Positions 24,320 through 36,989 of a DNA stretch of 64,000 nucleotides are shown here, piece after piece. The stretch covers positions 15,996,001 through 16,060,000 of the forward strand of contig NC_045727.1 of the NCBI RefSeq assembly GCF_009834535.1. The letters are read 5' to 3'. The position numbers were made by a program, and so were the translations under genes. Position 1 is the first letter of the stretch, and each line of letters opens with the position of its first letter. The notes beneath the pieces were generated by a model, which was given only the letters and a program-made list of their open reading frames with translations, did not search any database and had not been told where the DNA came from. This stretch comes from Camelus ferus. Lineage: Eukaryota.

Positions 24320-24420
24320 TGGAAGGAAGGAAGGACAGAGGGAGGAAGGAAGGAAGGGAGGGAGGGAGGGAGGGAGGGAGGGAGGAAAAAGAAACAAAGA
24401 AAAGAGAGAAAGAGGGGAGG
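24320..24420. repeat. (GGAA)/(GGGA) purine simple repeat
   Basis: ggaaggaaggaagg...gggagggagggagggagggagg. Confidence 0.95.
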
Positions 24421-26769
24421 AAAATTATTCCCCACTTTGTTTTCAGTTAAAACACTAAACATGGAGAGAGAGAGAGACTGAGAGAATGGAGGTCATCTTT
24501 CCTTCCCCCTGTTTAAACAAATCTCAAGTCTTTCAGCTTTTCATCCATGACCTCCCATTTCTGATCTGTAAAACGGGTGCATAGGTATTACCTTCCTTGC
24601 TTTGTTAAAGATCTCCAACTGTGACCTTCAACCATGACCTTGCCACTTGCAAGCTGTGGAGCTCTGGGCAAGGCTGCTCGCCTCTCTGAGCTCCAGTCTC
24701 CTCACCTGTAGGATAGATGTCAAGCTCCTTCCCCGTTACCTCACCTCATCACTGTGGAAAGTACTCAGGCACGGCGGAGGTGGAAGGTCTGTGCTGCTGT
24801 GAGTGATGCTTATGCCGGGATTCTGGCTGTGCCTCCCCTGAGGACTCAAGCTACTTCCAAAGCACCCCACAAGCTTCATCACCATTTTACCCTCTTAATA
24901 GCCCTCTAAGGTAGCCATCACAGCCTGCATGCCTGCAACTCAATCTGGGCTCCGGTCTTGGCCTCGTCACCCTCTCAGTAGGCAACCAAGCTCCCTGCTC
25001 TGACCCTCAGTTTTCTTCATCTGTAAAATGGGGCCAATCATCTCCCCCTGGCAGAATAACTGCAACGGGTTTGCCAGCACATACTAGGTGGCTGTGTTCT
25101 CTCTTCCTGGTCTTTGGGGGCGGGCCAAGGTTACAGAGCACTTTACTGGGGTATCTGGGTCTTGAACCCAGTGACCCCAAGGCCCAGTCTCACGCTCTCT
25201 GACCACAGAAGAAGGTATTGCTCTGCGTTTCTGCCGAGTGTCCCGGGGAAATACCTCCATTGTAATTCCTTGGGTTTGAGGCAAATATTAAAGTTGCTGA
25301 CAGCCTGCCTGTCGTCGTGACGATTCGTAATGTTGATGAACCAGGAGCCGGGCCTGGCGCTGGCTGTGGGTTCAAGTGCCCAGAACATTCATGCGCTCTG
25401 TGGCCACGCCCTGACCACACCATGTCCCTTTACAGCCGTGATTATTCTATTGCACATCACTTGTTCCAACGTGAACGTCCAATGCCTCCCACACATCCCA
25501 GCCTGGGCAGACAGCTCTCCTGCCTAGAACTAGATTCCAGGCCCCAGTGAGGACGGTCGGGCTGCCACAAGTGCACACGGACATCGGGGGACAAATAAAG
25601 GACCAGCACGCCCACCAACATCTAGAAGGAGACAGCCTTCACTCTCCAGGCAGAGGTGAGCATCTTCTCGTTCACGCCAATTGAACAAAGCAACATTTTG
25701 CGAACCCCCACACGCAAGACCTGACCTGGACATTTTGGGAACCAGGGACATCTTTCTCAATAAATAGCTTCTTCCCAGAGCGAGGCAGCCGGCTCGCCCT
25801 TGCGCCCTTGGAAAAGCTTGTCTGTTAGATGATCTGAGTTGCCGTGTGCTTTTCTGGTTAAACATTTATACTGCAGCTTTTGTGAATAAATAGATCCATA
25901 CATGTGTCTGCATGATTAGGATTAAATATTAAGAAGATGCACAGGCAGGGAACTGGTCGGCTTGAATGAGATGAAACTTGGGAGGCGCAAATGTCAGATC
26001 TGAGTGGGGCTGAAGGGGCCGTGATTAAGAGCGTGGAGGCTGACCCGTGGCCAGTCGGGTCCTGGGCTGACCGGGTAGAAAGCAGCCCTAATGTGGCTGA
26101 ATCTTTTCTCTTCTCTCCTTCTTTTCATCCCTTTCCTCCTTCTCCCTTTTTTCTTTCTCCTCCTCTCCCAGGCAAAGCTGGCATGGGCAGCCTTCCCTTC
26201 CAGCGCTCGCTGCCCCACTCCAAATCTGACTGCATTTTACAATTTTATTCGATTAGGTTTTACGAGCTGACTTGCTCGACGTGGCGCAAGTTGCCGGATG
26301 TGTCAGAGGCCTGGCAGAGACTTGAATTGAAATGATTCTAATTACATGTGATAATTTTTGCATTCTAACATAAAACAATGTTACCCAAAAAAAAAAAAAA
26401 TCCCATTACAATGGTTAAAAGACAAATCATTTAGCAAGTCTCTTTCTTTATTACTTTACGAGACAATTTACAAGGCAACATGTTGAACGCTGGGATCGGG
26501 TGATGGCCCAAGGCTATCCAACTGTAAGTTGCACTAAGAAAAAGGGAGTTCATCTCTTGTCATTAGTCAGAAAGTCAAATGCAATCAAGGGGACTCCATT
26601 TGGCTTGTCAAATTAGCCACTAGTTTCAAGTCATTAGCATGGCAGAGCATCGCAGACAAGGAGAGGAGGCCACCAGCTCCGGAAAGAAGCAGTCAGCTGC
26701 CACCCATGACGTTTGAGATCACCTCCTCCAAGCAGCCTCCAAAGATCCCAGATCCCTTCCCTGCAGCGC

Positions 26770-26990
26770 CCCTGCTGGAGGAAGGAGTCCAGTGTCCTGT
26801 AACATTCCAAGCAGCCTTGGTCATGTGACTTGTTCTGGCCAATGAAAAGAGAGCAGAAGTGTTTCATGTCACACAGGAGCAGAATCCTTAAGAGACAAGG
26901 CATGCTTCTCTGAATCTCTGAATCTCTTTTTTTCTCCACCTTCAGACCAGCAATGTGCTAGAGAGAGGATGCTCCAGTGACCAGAGTTGC
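26770..26990 (+). mobile_element. MaLR LTR fragment (MLT1I/J-like)
   Basis: ggtcatgtgacttgttctggccaatgaaaagagagcagaagtg. Confidence 0.7.
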
Positions 26991-27029
26991 AGGTAAAAAC
27001 CATCTGAAGCAGGGCAGCAGCCAACGTGG

Positions 27030-27328
27030 AATGTGGACGTCCGCCCTCTCCTGCCCTTGGGCATCAGTATTCCTGGGTCTCAGGCCTTTGGACTTGGACC
27101 AGAATTTACACCATTGGCTCCCCCAGTTCTCAGACCTTTGGGTTTGGACTGGAACCATGCTGCCAGCTTTCCTGGGCCTCTACCTTTTAGACAGCAGATC
27201 GTAGAACTTAGCCTCCATAATCATGTGATCTAATCCTTCATAATAAATCCCCCTCTCTCTCTCTTTCTATATATATATATATATATCTCCCATTGGCTCT
27301 CTTTCTCTAGAGAACCCTGACTAATACA
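27030..27328 (+). mobile_element. MLT2 (ERVL) LTR 3' part
   Basis: cagcctccataatcatgtg-like core, (TC)n(TA)n, end ctagagaaccctgactaataca. Confidence 0.85.
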
Positions 27329-27344
27329 CAGGCTCTGCTGATGA

Positions 27345-27670
27345 CTGTCTATGTTCCCTTGGGAAAGTGTCACAGGCTGTCTCCAGCCAGCAGAATTTAG
27401 CAGGCAGGATGTTCAGTGGAAAGTGCTCTTGGGATCAGAAGTCATGGAAGAGGGGAGAAGGATGCAGGCTGGGGAAGAGGAAGAAGCTGAGCTGTGATGA
27501 TCGTCCAACAAAGGTCTCAGCAGACCCCACAGGGAGCTCTGGAGCGGGGATGGCCCTTCAGAGCTGTCTCGAGCTGGGACAAGGGGTCACACCTTCATCT
27601 TCCTGAATGTCTCAGTCATTGGATGCTGGCTGCCCCTAGAAGGGAGTGACTTTGTTTGAGTCAGCCCCTA
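27345..27670 (-). mobile_element. ERVL-class solo LTR (LTR16-like)
   Basis: ccccacagggagctctggagcggggatggcccttcagagctgtc...cagtcattggatgctggctgcccc. Confidence 0.65.
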
Positions 27671-28089
27671 AAGAAGGCACCACTTCTGGAGTGAAGGAAT
27701 AAATAATCCTTCCTTCCCAAAAGTGGATCTGGGCAGTGCATCTAGCATCCAATACAGCGAGTTACTTAAAGAGTCTAAACCTCGACCCTCAGCTGCAAAA
27801 TGGGACAAGCAGTACGTATAGATTGCTAATATGATGTAGATAGCTGGTTGATACTTAAGATATGCCAGGCCCCAGGTTAAGAGCTTTATATACACTTCAG
27901 CTTATAGGGATGTTTGAGGACTGAATTAGTTAAAACATGTAAATGCTTAGAATAGTGTCTGGTGCACAGCAAATGATATATTGTAGTAACTATTAATATA
28001 AAATACCACACATGTGCACACTGGTAGCCATCTCTTCACTGACCTCGTGGGAACCAGAAGGAGCTCTCAAAAAGGCCAGTATTGCTAGG

Positions 28090-28640
28090 TTATTCCTCAG
28101 CTCTGAACCCCTCTATAGATCCCTCTTAACTTGCAGATAAAGTCCAAGCTCCTTCCCATAACTTCAAAGGCTTTTGCTAATCTCTCCCCCTCTACTCTGC
28201 ATACTTCTCCAGCCTCATGGCCAAGTGCATGGAGTGGCTTTCTATAAAACCTTATACTTCTGAGCCTTTGCATATGCCATTCCACCTGGAATGACCCCCT
28301 ATTCCCCTCACCTATATGGTGAATTCCAACTTCTTTCTCGAGACTCAGCTCAGGCATCACCTCCTTCAGGAAGACTTCCCTGCCCCCGAGGCTGGTCAGA
28401 CACTCCCCGCTAGGGCCCCCAGCACCTCCTGGGCTTGCTCCAATCAGTAATCAGTAATTCTGATTACTCACATGTGAGACTGTGTACCCCACTGCATGCT
28501 GAGTTCCATGAGGCTGAGGCAACATATGTTTGGATTCTGAAAGAACTTCCCCCTCAAAAAAAAATCTCTCAATTCCCACCCCTCATCTGGGGGGAAAGGG
28601 GAGCCTAGTACATAGTAGGTGGTCAGGAAACACTCACCAG
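28090..28640 (+). mobile_element. L2 LINE fragment
   Basis: ctgagcctttgcatatgccattccacctggaatg...caggaagacttccctgcc...catagtaggtggtcagg. Confidence 0.75.
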
Positions 28641-29379
28641 ATGAGTGAATCTTCAGCCCAGCCCTTTCTAGAATAACCGTGGGAACTAGGAATCATTTCT
28701 CCACGTCTCAATGGAACCTACCTGGAAATTCAATTTGAAACCCCTGAAAATTGGCTACAAATTGACTAACCCCTAGAGATGCAGATGAGCGAAGCCAGGC
28801 AAGTGGCTTCCATGGTCATGGGTAATGGCTGCTGTGTTTTGAATAAGTATGTTCATAACTTGCAGACTGGGCCACGTGCTCCCAAGACTTGGGGGCACAA
28901 AGATCTGCCTTCCTACGTCACTCTTGGCCCTTGCTGTCTGCGTGACCCTCGGAGACCCACTTCCCGACTCAGAAGCTCAGAGTCTTCTGCTGTTAACAGG
29001 AGGCCTGGAGATGAACTGAGCTCTAAAGCACAGACTTCCTGCTCCAAACAAACAAAACAAACCAACATGGTTTCTACAGCTCTTTGGCTCATCAAGTCTG
29101 AGAGTCCTGTTTATTCCTGAGAACGTCTTGGTGGTTCAGCTTCTAACTCCCGCACCTGGCACTCAACGCCCTCATCCATCAGCCCCACCTTCCTCTCTTG
29201 GCCCCTCTCCTGGTGCGCCCCCTGCAGGCCCAGAGACACAGCTCACCTCCACCCACACCCCGGTGATGGTCTCCACTTCTAGATAGTTTCTCCCTCCCTC
29301 ATGCTCTGAGCACTATGTGCCAGGTATACAGCTGGTGCTCAAAAAAGCCTGCACGGAGCTTGTTTTTCATTATAGGCCA

Positions 29380-29680
29380 AGTATGGGTTGAAATGTGTCC
29401 CCTCAAAGTACACTGAAGTCCTAACCCTTGGTACCTGGGAATGGGACCTTATTTGGAAACCAGGTCTTTGCAGGTGATCGAGGGAAGATGAGGTCATTGG
29501 GGTGGAGCCTAACCCAGTATGACTGTATCCTTATCAAAGGTGAAATCTGGACAGACATGCATAGGGGGAAGACGACGTGAAGACACAAAGAGAAGGCCAT
29601 CTCCCAGCCAAGGGATGCTTAAGGCCACCAGAAGCTGGGGGAGAGCAATGGGCCTCGTATCCTTGTGCAGATGACACCAA
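29380..29680 (+). mobile_element. MaLR LTR (MLT1B/C-like)
   Basis: tatgggttgaaatgtgtcccctcaaag...gaccttatttggaaac...aggccaccagaagctggg. Confidence 0.85.
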
Positions 29681-29799
29681 CATCCCCCCGGGCCATGGTG
29701 GAGGGGCGGAAGGAACACTGGACCCAGGTTCCAGGCCTGGCTCTGCGTGGACTGTGTGTCCCTGAGCAAGTCACTTCCGCCTCTGAGCCTCAGTGTCTC

Positions 29800-30153
29800 T
29801 GCTACAGACTGAACATTTGTATGTTCGTGTCCTCCCAAACTCATAAGTCGAATCCCCAGTATGATGGTATTTGGAGGTGAGGCCTTTGAGAGGTGATTAG
29901 GTCATGAGCGTGGAGCCCCCATGAATGGGATTAGTGTCCTTACAAGACAAGATGTGAGAGAAATGATCACTCTCTGCGCCACGTGAGGACACAGGGCAGC
30001 CGTCTACCAGCCAGGAAGTGGACCCTCATCAAACACCAAATCTACCAGCACCTTGACCTGGGACTTCCCAGCCTCTGGAACTGTGACAAATACGTGTCTG
30101 CTGTTTAGGCCACCTCGTCCGTGGTATTTGTTATAACAGCCCAAACTAAGACA
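29800..30153 (+). mobile_element. MaLR solo LTR (MLT1A-like)
   Basis: atggtatttggaggtgaggcctttgagaggtgattaggtcatgag...gtggtatttgttataacagcccaaactaagaca. Confidence 0.9.
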
Positions 30154-32348
30154 GTCACCATCCATAAAATGGGCCAGGCGCACCACATTATTTCCAAAGG
30201 CCCTTCCTGTTCTAAGACTGGGCGCTTCTACTGCATGAGCACCTACTATATACAAGGCACTTGGCTAGGTACTGCAGGGGGAGGAGGAGGATCAAGCACT
30301 CATCTACCCATTCGATGTTCCCCCGAGGGCTCACCTGTTACCAGGCGCTATGCAGGTGCGGGGAGAGGATGCTGACCAAGACAGACACAGACCCCCTCCC
30401 GATGGCGCTCAGTCTAGAGTTTCACAGACGTGCAGCCGGCCTTCGCATCACCAAATGGCGGAGGGGCAGGCAGGGGTGAGCTCACGGCGAGCCCCTGTGG
30501 GAGCCCAACAGCATCAGGGGGACCTCCGTGCACGAGTGGGCTAGCAGCCCCCGGGGGGCTAAGTGCTTGCTTGTGAGGCTGGCTCTGTGATTATCAAAAC
30601 AGAAATACGTCCGGTTCCCCCAGTGGAGTGGACATGGGCCTGTCCGCCTGACTAATGGTCTGTCTGTCTGGAGGGGCGGGTGAGGCTGAGCCCCCACCAT
30701 GGGTGCCCCTGGCTTTAGCACTGGAGGCCCAGCCGGCTGGCCAGGCAGAGCGATCCGCTGCTGCGTGGGTCAGCAGAGCCGTGACCGGAGGTCTTCTCAT
30801 CTCTGGCGGCTCTGCAGTCGGTAATTGCCCTGCCACCTGCGGCCTCTGAGCCGGAATCAATTTTATCCACTCCATCTGCCAGTAGACAGCGCCCTCCACT
30901 TCCTGCTGCCCTGAAAATACCAGCTCAGGCTTGTGCCTGGGGGCCCAGGGATGGGGGAAAGGTCTGGCCACCCCCCCCCATCACCCCAGCACGAGTCCCC
31001 ACTCTTTATCTGTTGCAAGACTCGGGGTTTTTGCATAATCTGGGTTATTGATCATCACAGCAAACAGTCATAATGACCAATGCTCACTGAGGACCAAGCC
31101 CACAGTCAGCTCATACAAGGCTCAGCTTTCATTCCACCCTCACGGCAACCCTAGAGGCAGAACAAGTATCCCCACTGAACCGATGAAGAGACCAAGGTTC
31201 AGAGAGTCAATGTTGTCGCTGGATTTCAGCCCAGATCTGTGTGGCTCCAAAGCCTCTTGTCCTAATGGGGAGCAGGGGAAGTGCACAGTGGGCAGGGGTC
31301 TTCGCAAGGTCCTGACTCCACAAGAAGTGGGCCGTGTACCAGGCTGATGCCTGAAGATTCTCGGGCCCGGAGGCGAGAAGCCCTTCTTCGAGTTGCTTTT
31401 CAAGATGGGGCTGTGTGACCTCCATCAAGTGGTGGCTTCACCTCTCCGAGCCTCAGCTACAGGAACTGGGGCAGCCCCAGGGGAGGCCATGTCTCAGGTG
31501 GAGCCTGACAGTCTTATGGTTCCTTCTGACCTGCTTCGCTGCCGTCGCTGTTTTCAGGAGGACAAAAGGAAACTCTGCTTTGTGCTCAGGGTCCAGAGAA
31601 GAGTTCACTGGGACAGAGGCTCAGGGACTCCCGGCCATGTGCCCTGATGCTCGGCATCTGAGGGCAGGAGCAGGTGCCGTGTGTCTCCGAGTGCAGAACT
31701 CTGCACCGGGCTGGGGTGCGGGAAGTGGGGGCTCTCCGTGCCAAACCCAAAGGCCATCGTCATCCCAGCTGTGTCTGTTAAGCACCTTCCATGTGCTTGT
31801 CCACCCTTCTTTAATTTCATAGCAACCTCCAGGGTAGGTGTGATTGTCTCCATGGTACACATGAGTAAACTGAGGTTCACAGGCATTGAAGGACCTGCCC
31901 AAGTCACCGAAGGAAGTGATGGCCTGGCTAGGATTGGAATTCAAATCTGCTTCATTCCAGGGTCATTATTCTCCACAGCTCTGCACCTGCACCAGCTTAA
32001 GACGACCACCAAATCCTGACCAGTGCTTTCCCCAATCCCTGTGGAAGGTCAAATGCCCCTCCCTCTGAGCAGCTAAAAGAGCACCAAGTTCAGAGTCACA
32101 CAGAGCTGGCTCTTGGTCTTAATTATCAACACTAAAAGCACAAGCAACAAAAGGAAAAACAGAGACGCTAGACTTTTACCAAGATTTAAAACCTCTGTGC
32201 TGCAAACAATATCAGAAAGAAACCAGAAAGACAATCCACAAAACGGGAGACAATATCTGCAAATCATATATGAGATAAGGCGTTTGTATCCAGAATATAT
32301 AAAGAATTTCAACAACTCAATAATAGACAACCTGATTTTTTTTAAACG

Positions 32349-32488
32349 NNNNNNNNNNNNNNNNNNNNNNNNNNNNNNNNNNNNNNNNNNNNNNNNNNNN
32401 NNNNNNNNNNNNNNNNNNNNNNNNNNNNNNNNNNNNNNNNNNNNNNNNNNNNNNNNNNNNNNNNNNNNNNNNNNNNNNNNNNNNNNNN
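32349..32488. other. Assembly gap (140 N)
   Basis: Run of N inside L1. Confidence 0.99.
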
Positions 32489-32706
32489 GGGAATCAAAAA
32501 GGCAGATAGTCCCAAAGCTTGGCTAGAAAGTGAAAAAAAAAAAATCAAAACCCTCATATACTGTGGGCAGGAATGTAAAATGACGCAGCCACTTTGAAAA
32601 CTGTCTACCAGTTCTTCAAATGATTAAATACAATGTTCCCCTGTGACCCAGCAACCTCATTCCTACGTATTTTCCCAGAGGAACTGAAAACATATATCCA
32701 CACGAA

Positions 32707-33010
32707 NNNNNNNNNNNNNNNNNNNNNNNNNNNNNNNNNNNNNNNNNNNNNNNNNNNNNNNNNNNNNNNNNNNNNNNNNNNNNNNNNNNNNNNNNNNNNN
32801 NNNNNNNNNNNNNNNNNNNNNNNNNNNNNNNNNNNNNNNNNNNNNNNNNNNNNNNNNNNNNNNNNNNNNNNNNNNNNNNNNNNNNNNNNNNNNNNNNNNN
32901 NNNNNNNNNNNNNNNNNNNNNNNNNNNNNNNNNNNNNNNNNNNNNNNNNNNNNNNNNNNNNNNNNNNNNNNNNNNNNNNNNNNNNNNNNNNNNNNNNNNN
33001 NNNNNNNNNN
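32707..33010. other. Assembly gap (304 N)
   Basis: Run of N inside L1. Confidence 0.99.
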
Positions 33011-33479
33011 AGACAGGGGAATTGAGAGTGACTGCTAACAGGTAGGGGGTTTCTTTGGAAGGGGGCATAATGAAAACGTTCTAATACAGGATTGTGATGA
33101 CAGTTGCACAACTCTGTGAACAGACTAAAAACCACTGACACGTACACGCTGAATGCGTGAATTTTACAGCATGTAAGTTATATCTCAGTAAAGCTATAAG
33201 GAAAAAAATTCCATCTTCAGCAAACCCCAGAGCTGCGTGACCTTAGCATAAAGACTTCCCAGCTCCAAGCCTCAGTTTCCTCTTCTGTGAAATGGGATAA
33301 TAACCCACACTACCTTACATGAAAATCAAGGTGAGAGTGGCTGGGGTCCAACACACAGTAGGTGCTCACCCTGCAGGTGGTTCCTCTCCGAGGGGGAGGC
33401 AACTGGGGTCTCCCAGACAGAGTGCACTGCACGAGGTCCAGCCTGGACTGGGCGGCGGGACTCTGGACAGAGGAGGATG

Positions 33480-33780
33480 CTCATTCCCGTGACATAATTT
33501 AGATGGATGGCTCGGGCCATCCGTCAGGCTGGGAGCGGGCGGCCCAGGAAGAAGCCATGGGGGAGCCCATTACGGTACACGTGTTAACAGCGCATCCTTT
33601 GTACCAACAGCCGCGCGGCGCGGGCAAGGGCCGCTCCCCGCATTGTCTGCGCGCTGCGGCCCTGCCGTGATGAATGGGCTGCCCGTGCCCAGGTACCACA
33701 GGCCGAGGGTGACACTGCGTGGCTGCGCTGGGAACTGCGGGCCACCTGGCCCAGAGCAGAGGTCGCTGAGAGCAGCAAGG
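33480..33780. promoter_or_regulatory. Small CpG-rich putative enhancer
   Basis: About 24 CpGs in 33501-33780 (hand count), repeat-free, Pbx-Hox-like motifs. Confidence 0.45.
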
Positions 33781-33929
33781 CTGCCTTCATTCAGTGCTCA
33801 AGAGATATCGTATGTAAAGTACTTAGCACAGAACCTGGCACATAGCAGGTCCTCAAGAAATCCAGATGACAATCATCATCACCTTTATTTTCAGGGGAAA
33901 AATACAGGCACAGCCAAGTTCAAAACCTG

Positions 33930-34130
33930 GGTCGATCTGCCCCAGTAAAATACAGGACAATTCTTTGAATTTCAGAGAAATGGCAAATACTCTTCCAGTA
34001 TAAGTATGTCCCAAATATTTCATGAGACATACTTATACTTCAGAAAAATCAGTCACTGCTGATCGGAAATTCAGAGCTAACTGGGCACCCAGTTGTGTTG
34101 TTTTGTTTTGGTAAATCCAGCAACTGGGTG
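33930..34130. mobile_element. MER53 palindromic hAT element
   Basis: aaaatacaggac...tttgaatttcaga...agtataagtatgtcccaaatatttcatgagacatacttatact...aactgggc...gtaaatccagcaac. Confidence 0.85.
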
Positions 34131-35749
34131 ACCCTGGACACAACACAGCACCTCACTGTGCTTCTGTTAAATAGAGAAAGTGATCATCTATTCTTGTACT
34201 TATAAAAACAATATCGACAGGGTTGCTGTTCGGATTAAATGAGATGATATGTGAAAAGAATTTAAAGAGAATCAAGGTCAGAGCTAGTTGGGGTTAAAGT
34301 TCTCATGTTCACACACAATTTGCGATGTTCGGGACAGAAATGGCCAAACGTGATGAACGGAGGAGCCTAACAACCACTCAGTTAACATGGGTCAGCAGGA
34401 CTACTGCCTCCATGCCTTCGCACGCGCTGTGTCTGCACCTCGCCCACCCTCCTCCCCTCCTGACTAATTCCTGTAGGTCCTAAAGGGCTCAGCCTGCTGC
34501 AAGCTCTCCGACTCTCTCCTTCCCTGGTCCTAATCCCAGTCACATGCTTCCTGGGAGCTGTCATTGTCCACTTCGTCTCAGACCCTTACCTCCCACCCAA
34601 AAGGAGAGGCAGTGTCTTATTCCTCTTTGCCTACCCAAGCATACAGTAAGTACTCAATATCTGTTGAATGGGTGAATGCATACATAGTACTCAAGGCTCA
34701 GAGGCTATTATCTTATACCTTGAGGCATGGCAATAACCAAAATGTAAGTGCCTGAAGATGGGGTGGGGTCCGCCCTGCTCTCTTGCTGTATCCCCAGCAT
34801 CCGGAAGGCACCCAACAAGACATGTTGAGTTAATCTAGATTGCTAACATTATTGAGCACTGTCTTCACAGCCCTGTGCCAAACCCTTGAGTTAAACAAGT
34901 TCTCAACTATTAATTCTCATGACAAGCTAGTGAAGTAGATGCTTGTGTTATGTCCATTCTACAGATGAGGAAGCTGAGGCACGGAGCAATCAAGTAAAGC
35001 CTTTTGCTCAAGATGACACCGCTGTACGTGGAGGAACCACACCTAAACCAGGACGCTGCACTGAATCCAGTGCCCACCCTCTACCGAGGCTCCACTCAGG
35101 GGCTTCAGAGTTGGACAGGCCTGGCGTGAACATAGATTCTCACCTCCAGAGAGTGACCTCAGCAAATCTCTTCTCTTCCCTGAGTTTCAATTCCTTCCAT
35201 TCATAAAGTGGAGCAGATGAATTAACCAATGCACAAAATGTGTGGGAAATGCACACAGTCGGTGCTCAATAATGGATGGTCTCCCTGATGGTCATAAAAG
35301 TCACGGTAAGGGGAAGACAGAGCAGCCTTCTCTTCTGGGGCAAAAGAAAATGTGGTTGCTAAATTCCTCCTACAGGCAGAAAAATAGCTGGAGAGATTTC
35401 CATTAAGATTTTTCTCCAGCAATCGGTGTCCTTGGCAGGCTACAGGGTCGGGGAGTGAGTTTAAGATGCCTGGAGCCCCCAGTCCACCAACGGAGGCTGG
35501 AGACAGGAGACAGGAGTAAGGCAGGGAATTCTTCAAGACCCCCAGGAAACCTCCCCCTCATCTGGCCACTGAACCCCACACAAAAATCAGAGGCAGTAGG
35601 ATGGAATGGGGGGCTGCTTTGGGGCTTTGAGGCATAATGGGGTGACATCCTGCCGGAATCAGGATTCAGATCCTGTCCCCAGATCCTGTCCCCCACCAGG
35701 CAATTTCTGCCAATTTGTTCTTCCATCAAAAGTCTCACTGGTTTCTGAC

Positions 35750-36290
35750 TTCATTCATTTATTAAATAAGTTTCTACTGGGCATCTGCTATGTGTTGGTA
35801 CCATCCACCCTTGGCTCTGAGAATTCAGTGATAAACAAAAAGACGTGGTTCTTGCCCCTCATGGATTGCTCACAGTCTAAGACCAGGAAGGGAGGACAGA
35901 TAGAGTAGGCTGATGGGGAAATCCAAGGGAGCTGTCAGCACTCAGAGGAGACACCTGACCCACTTGGGGGATCAAGGAAGGCCTCCCAGAGGAGATGACA
36001 TTTAAGCTGAGACGGGAAGAATGAGTGGGATGAGGCATGCAGTGGAGAGAATGCTCCAGAGAGAAGGAATCATGAGACAAAGGTTCCAGATGGAGACTGA
36101 ACATCTGCAGAGGAGGAAGTAAGCTTGGGTTAGCACTGGGAGATGAGGCTGCTGAGGTGAGTAGGGCCAGATTATGCATGACATTGAAGGCTGCAGTGAG
36201 AATGTGTAGCTTTTGCAAGGGTACTAGGGAGCTATAGAGGGTTTTCTGCAGGTGGAGGGGCATGGTCAGATTTTTCCCACAGCACTAAAT
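35750..36290 (-). mobile_element. L2 LINE 3' fragment
   Basis: ttcattcatttattaaataag...ggaaggcctcccagaggagatgacatttaagctgagac. Confidence 0.85.
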
Positions 36291-36989
36291 ACAAACCCCT
36301 CTGCCTCCCCCCTCCTCCGAGGCTAGTATGACCCCACTAGTCCCGGCCACTTGCCTTATCCAGAATCTTCCTGGACCCCCAACTCTACACTCTCTCTCTC
36401 TCTCTGCCTACATCTTCCACCCAGACACACTAACCTTGGCCTTCAGCAGAGCAAACAGTCCCAGATCTGGATGAGACAGACCCAGCTCCAAATCCAGCCT
36501 CTGCAGCCTCTGGACAAGCTGAACCAGGCCCTGACCTCTCTAAGCCCCAGCCGGCTCCTCTGTAAAATGGGAATAATCATAGTGTCCACCCAACCAAGTT
36601 ACTATAAGGTAAATGAGGGGTGTCTTGAAAGGATCTGGCCCTGACACCTGTGGTTTTCTTGCCTCCTTCCAAGAAGCATGCCGCCTCCTGCAGGCAGCCC
36701 TCCCTCTCTTCTCCAGCCCTCAGAAGCACTTCCTGTTTGCGAGGCCCCCAGGTAACACGGGCAGGAAGTAGCTGGAAGATGAGAAACGTGTCTCCCCACA
36801 GCAATCAGAAACCTTTTGAGATCAGAGACTGCGAGTCTTTCCAAGCAGAGCCTAGGGAGTCTGCCGGGGAAAAGGACATCTCCTCATGATGCGGGGGAGA
36901 TGGACAGACAGACAGAAAGGTTCTGAGGAGCTAAGCGAGGGTCCCAGTGAAGGTCAGGACTCCAGTTATTTATTTTCTGGGAAAACCGC

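Larger units (their letters stand above)
32130..33205 (+). mobile_element. Old L1 (ORF2 3' end plus 3' UTR), broken by two gaps
   Basis: aaacctctgtgctgcaaac...tatctgcaaatcatatatgagataagg...ttgtatccagaatatataaagaa; later ttgtgatgacagttgcacaactctgtgaa. Confidence 0.85.

Noticed and set aside
25650-25655. 6-nt micro-exon pattern (ctccag|GCAGAG|gtgagc)
   Set aside because: No UGC enhancer, short pyrimidine tract and no flanking exons
29380-30153. Paired MLT1 LTRs as a provirus
   Set aside because: Different subfamilies separated only by a MIR fragment
32113-32526. ORF with L1 ORF2-like residues
   Set aside because: Decayed, frameshifted L1 remnant plus a gap, not a functional gene
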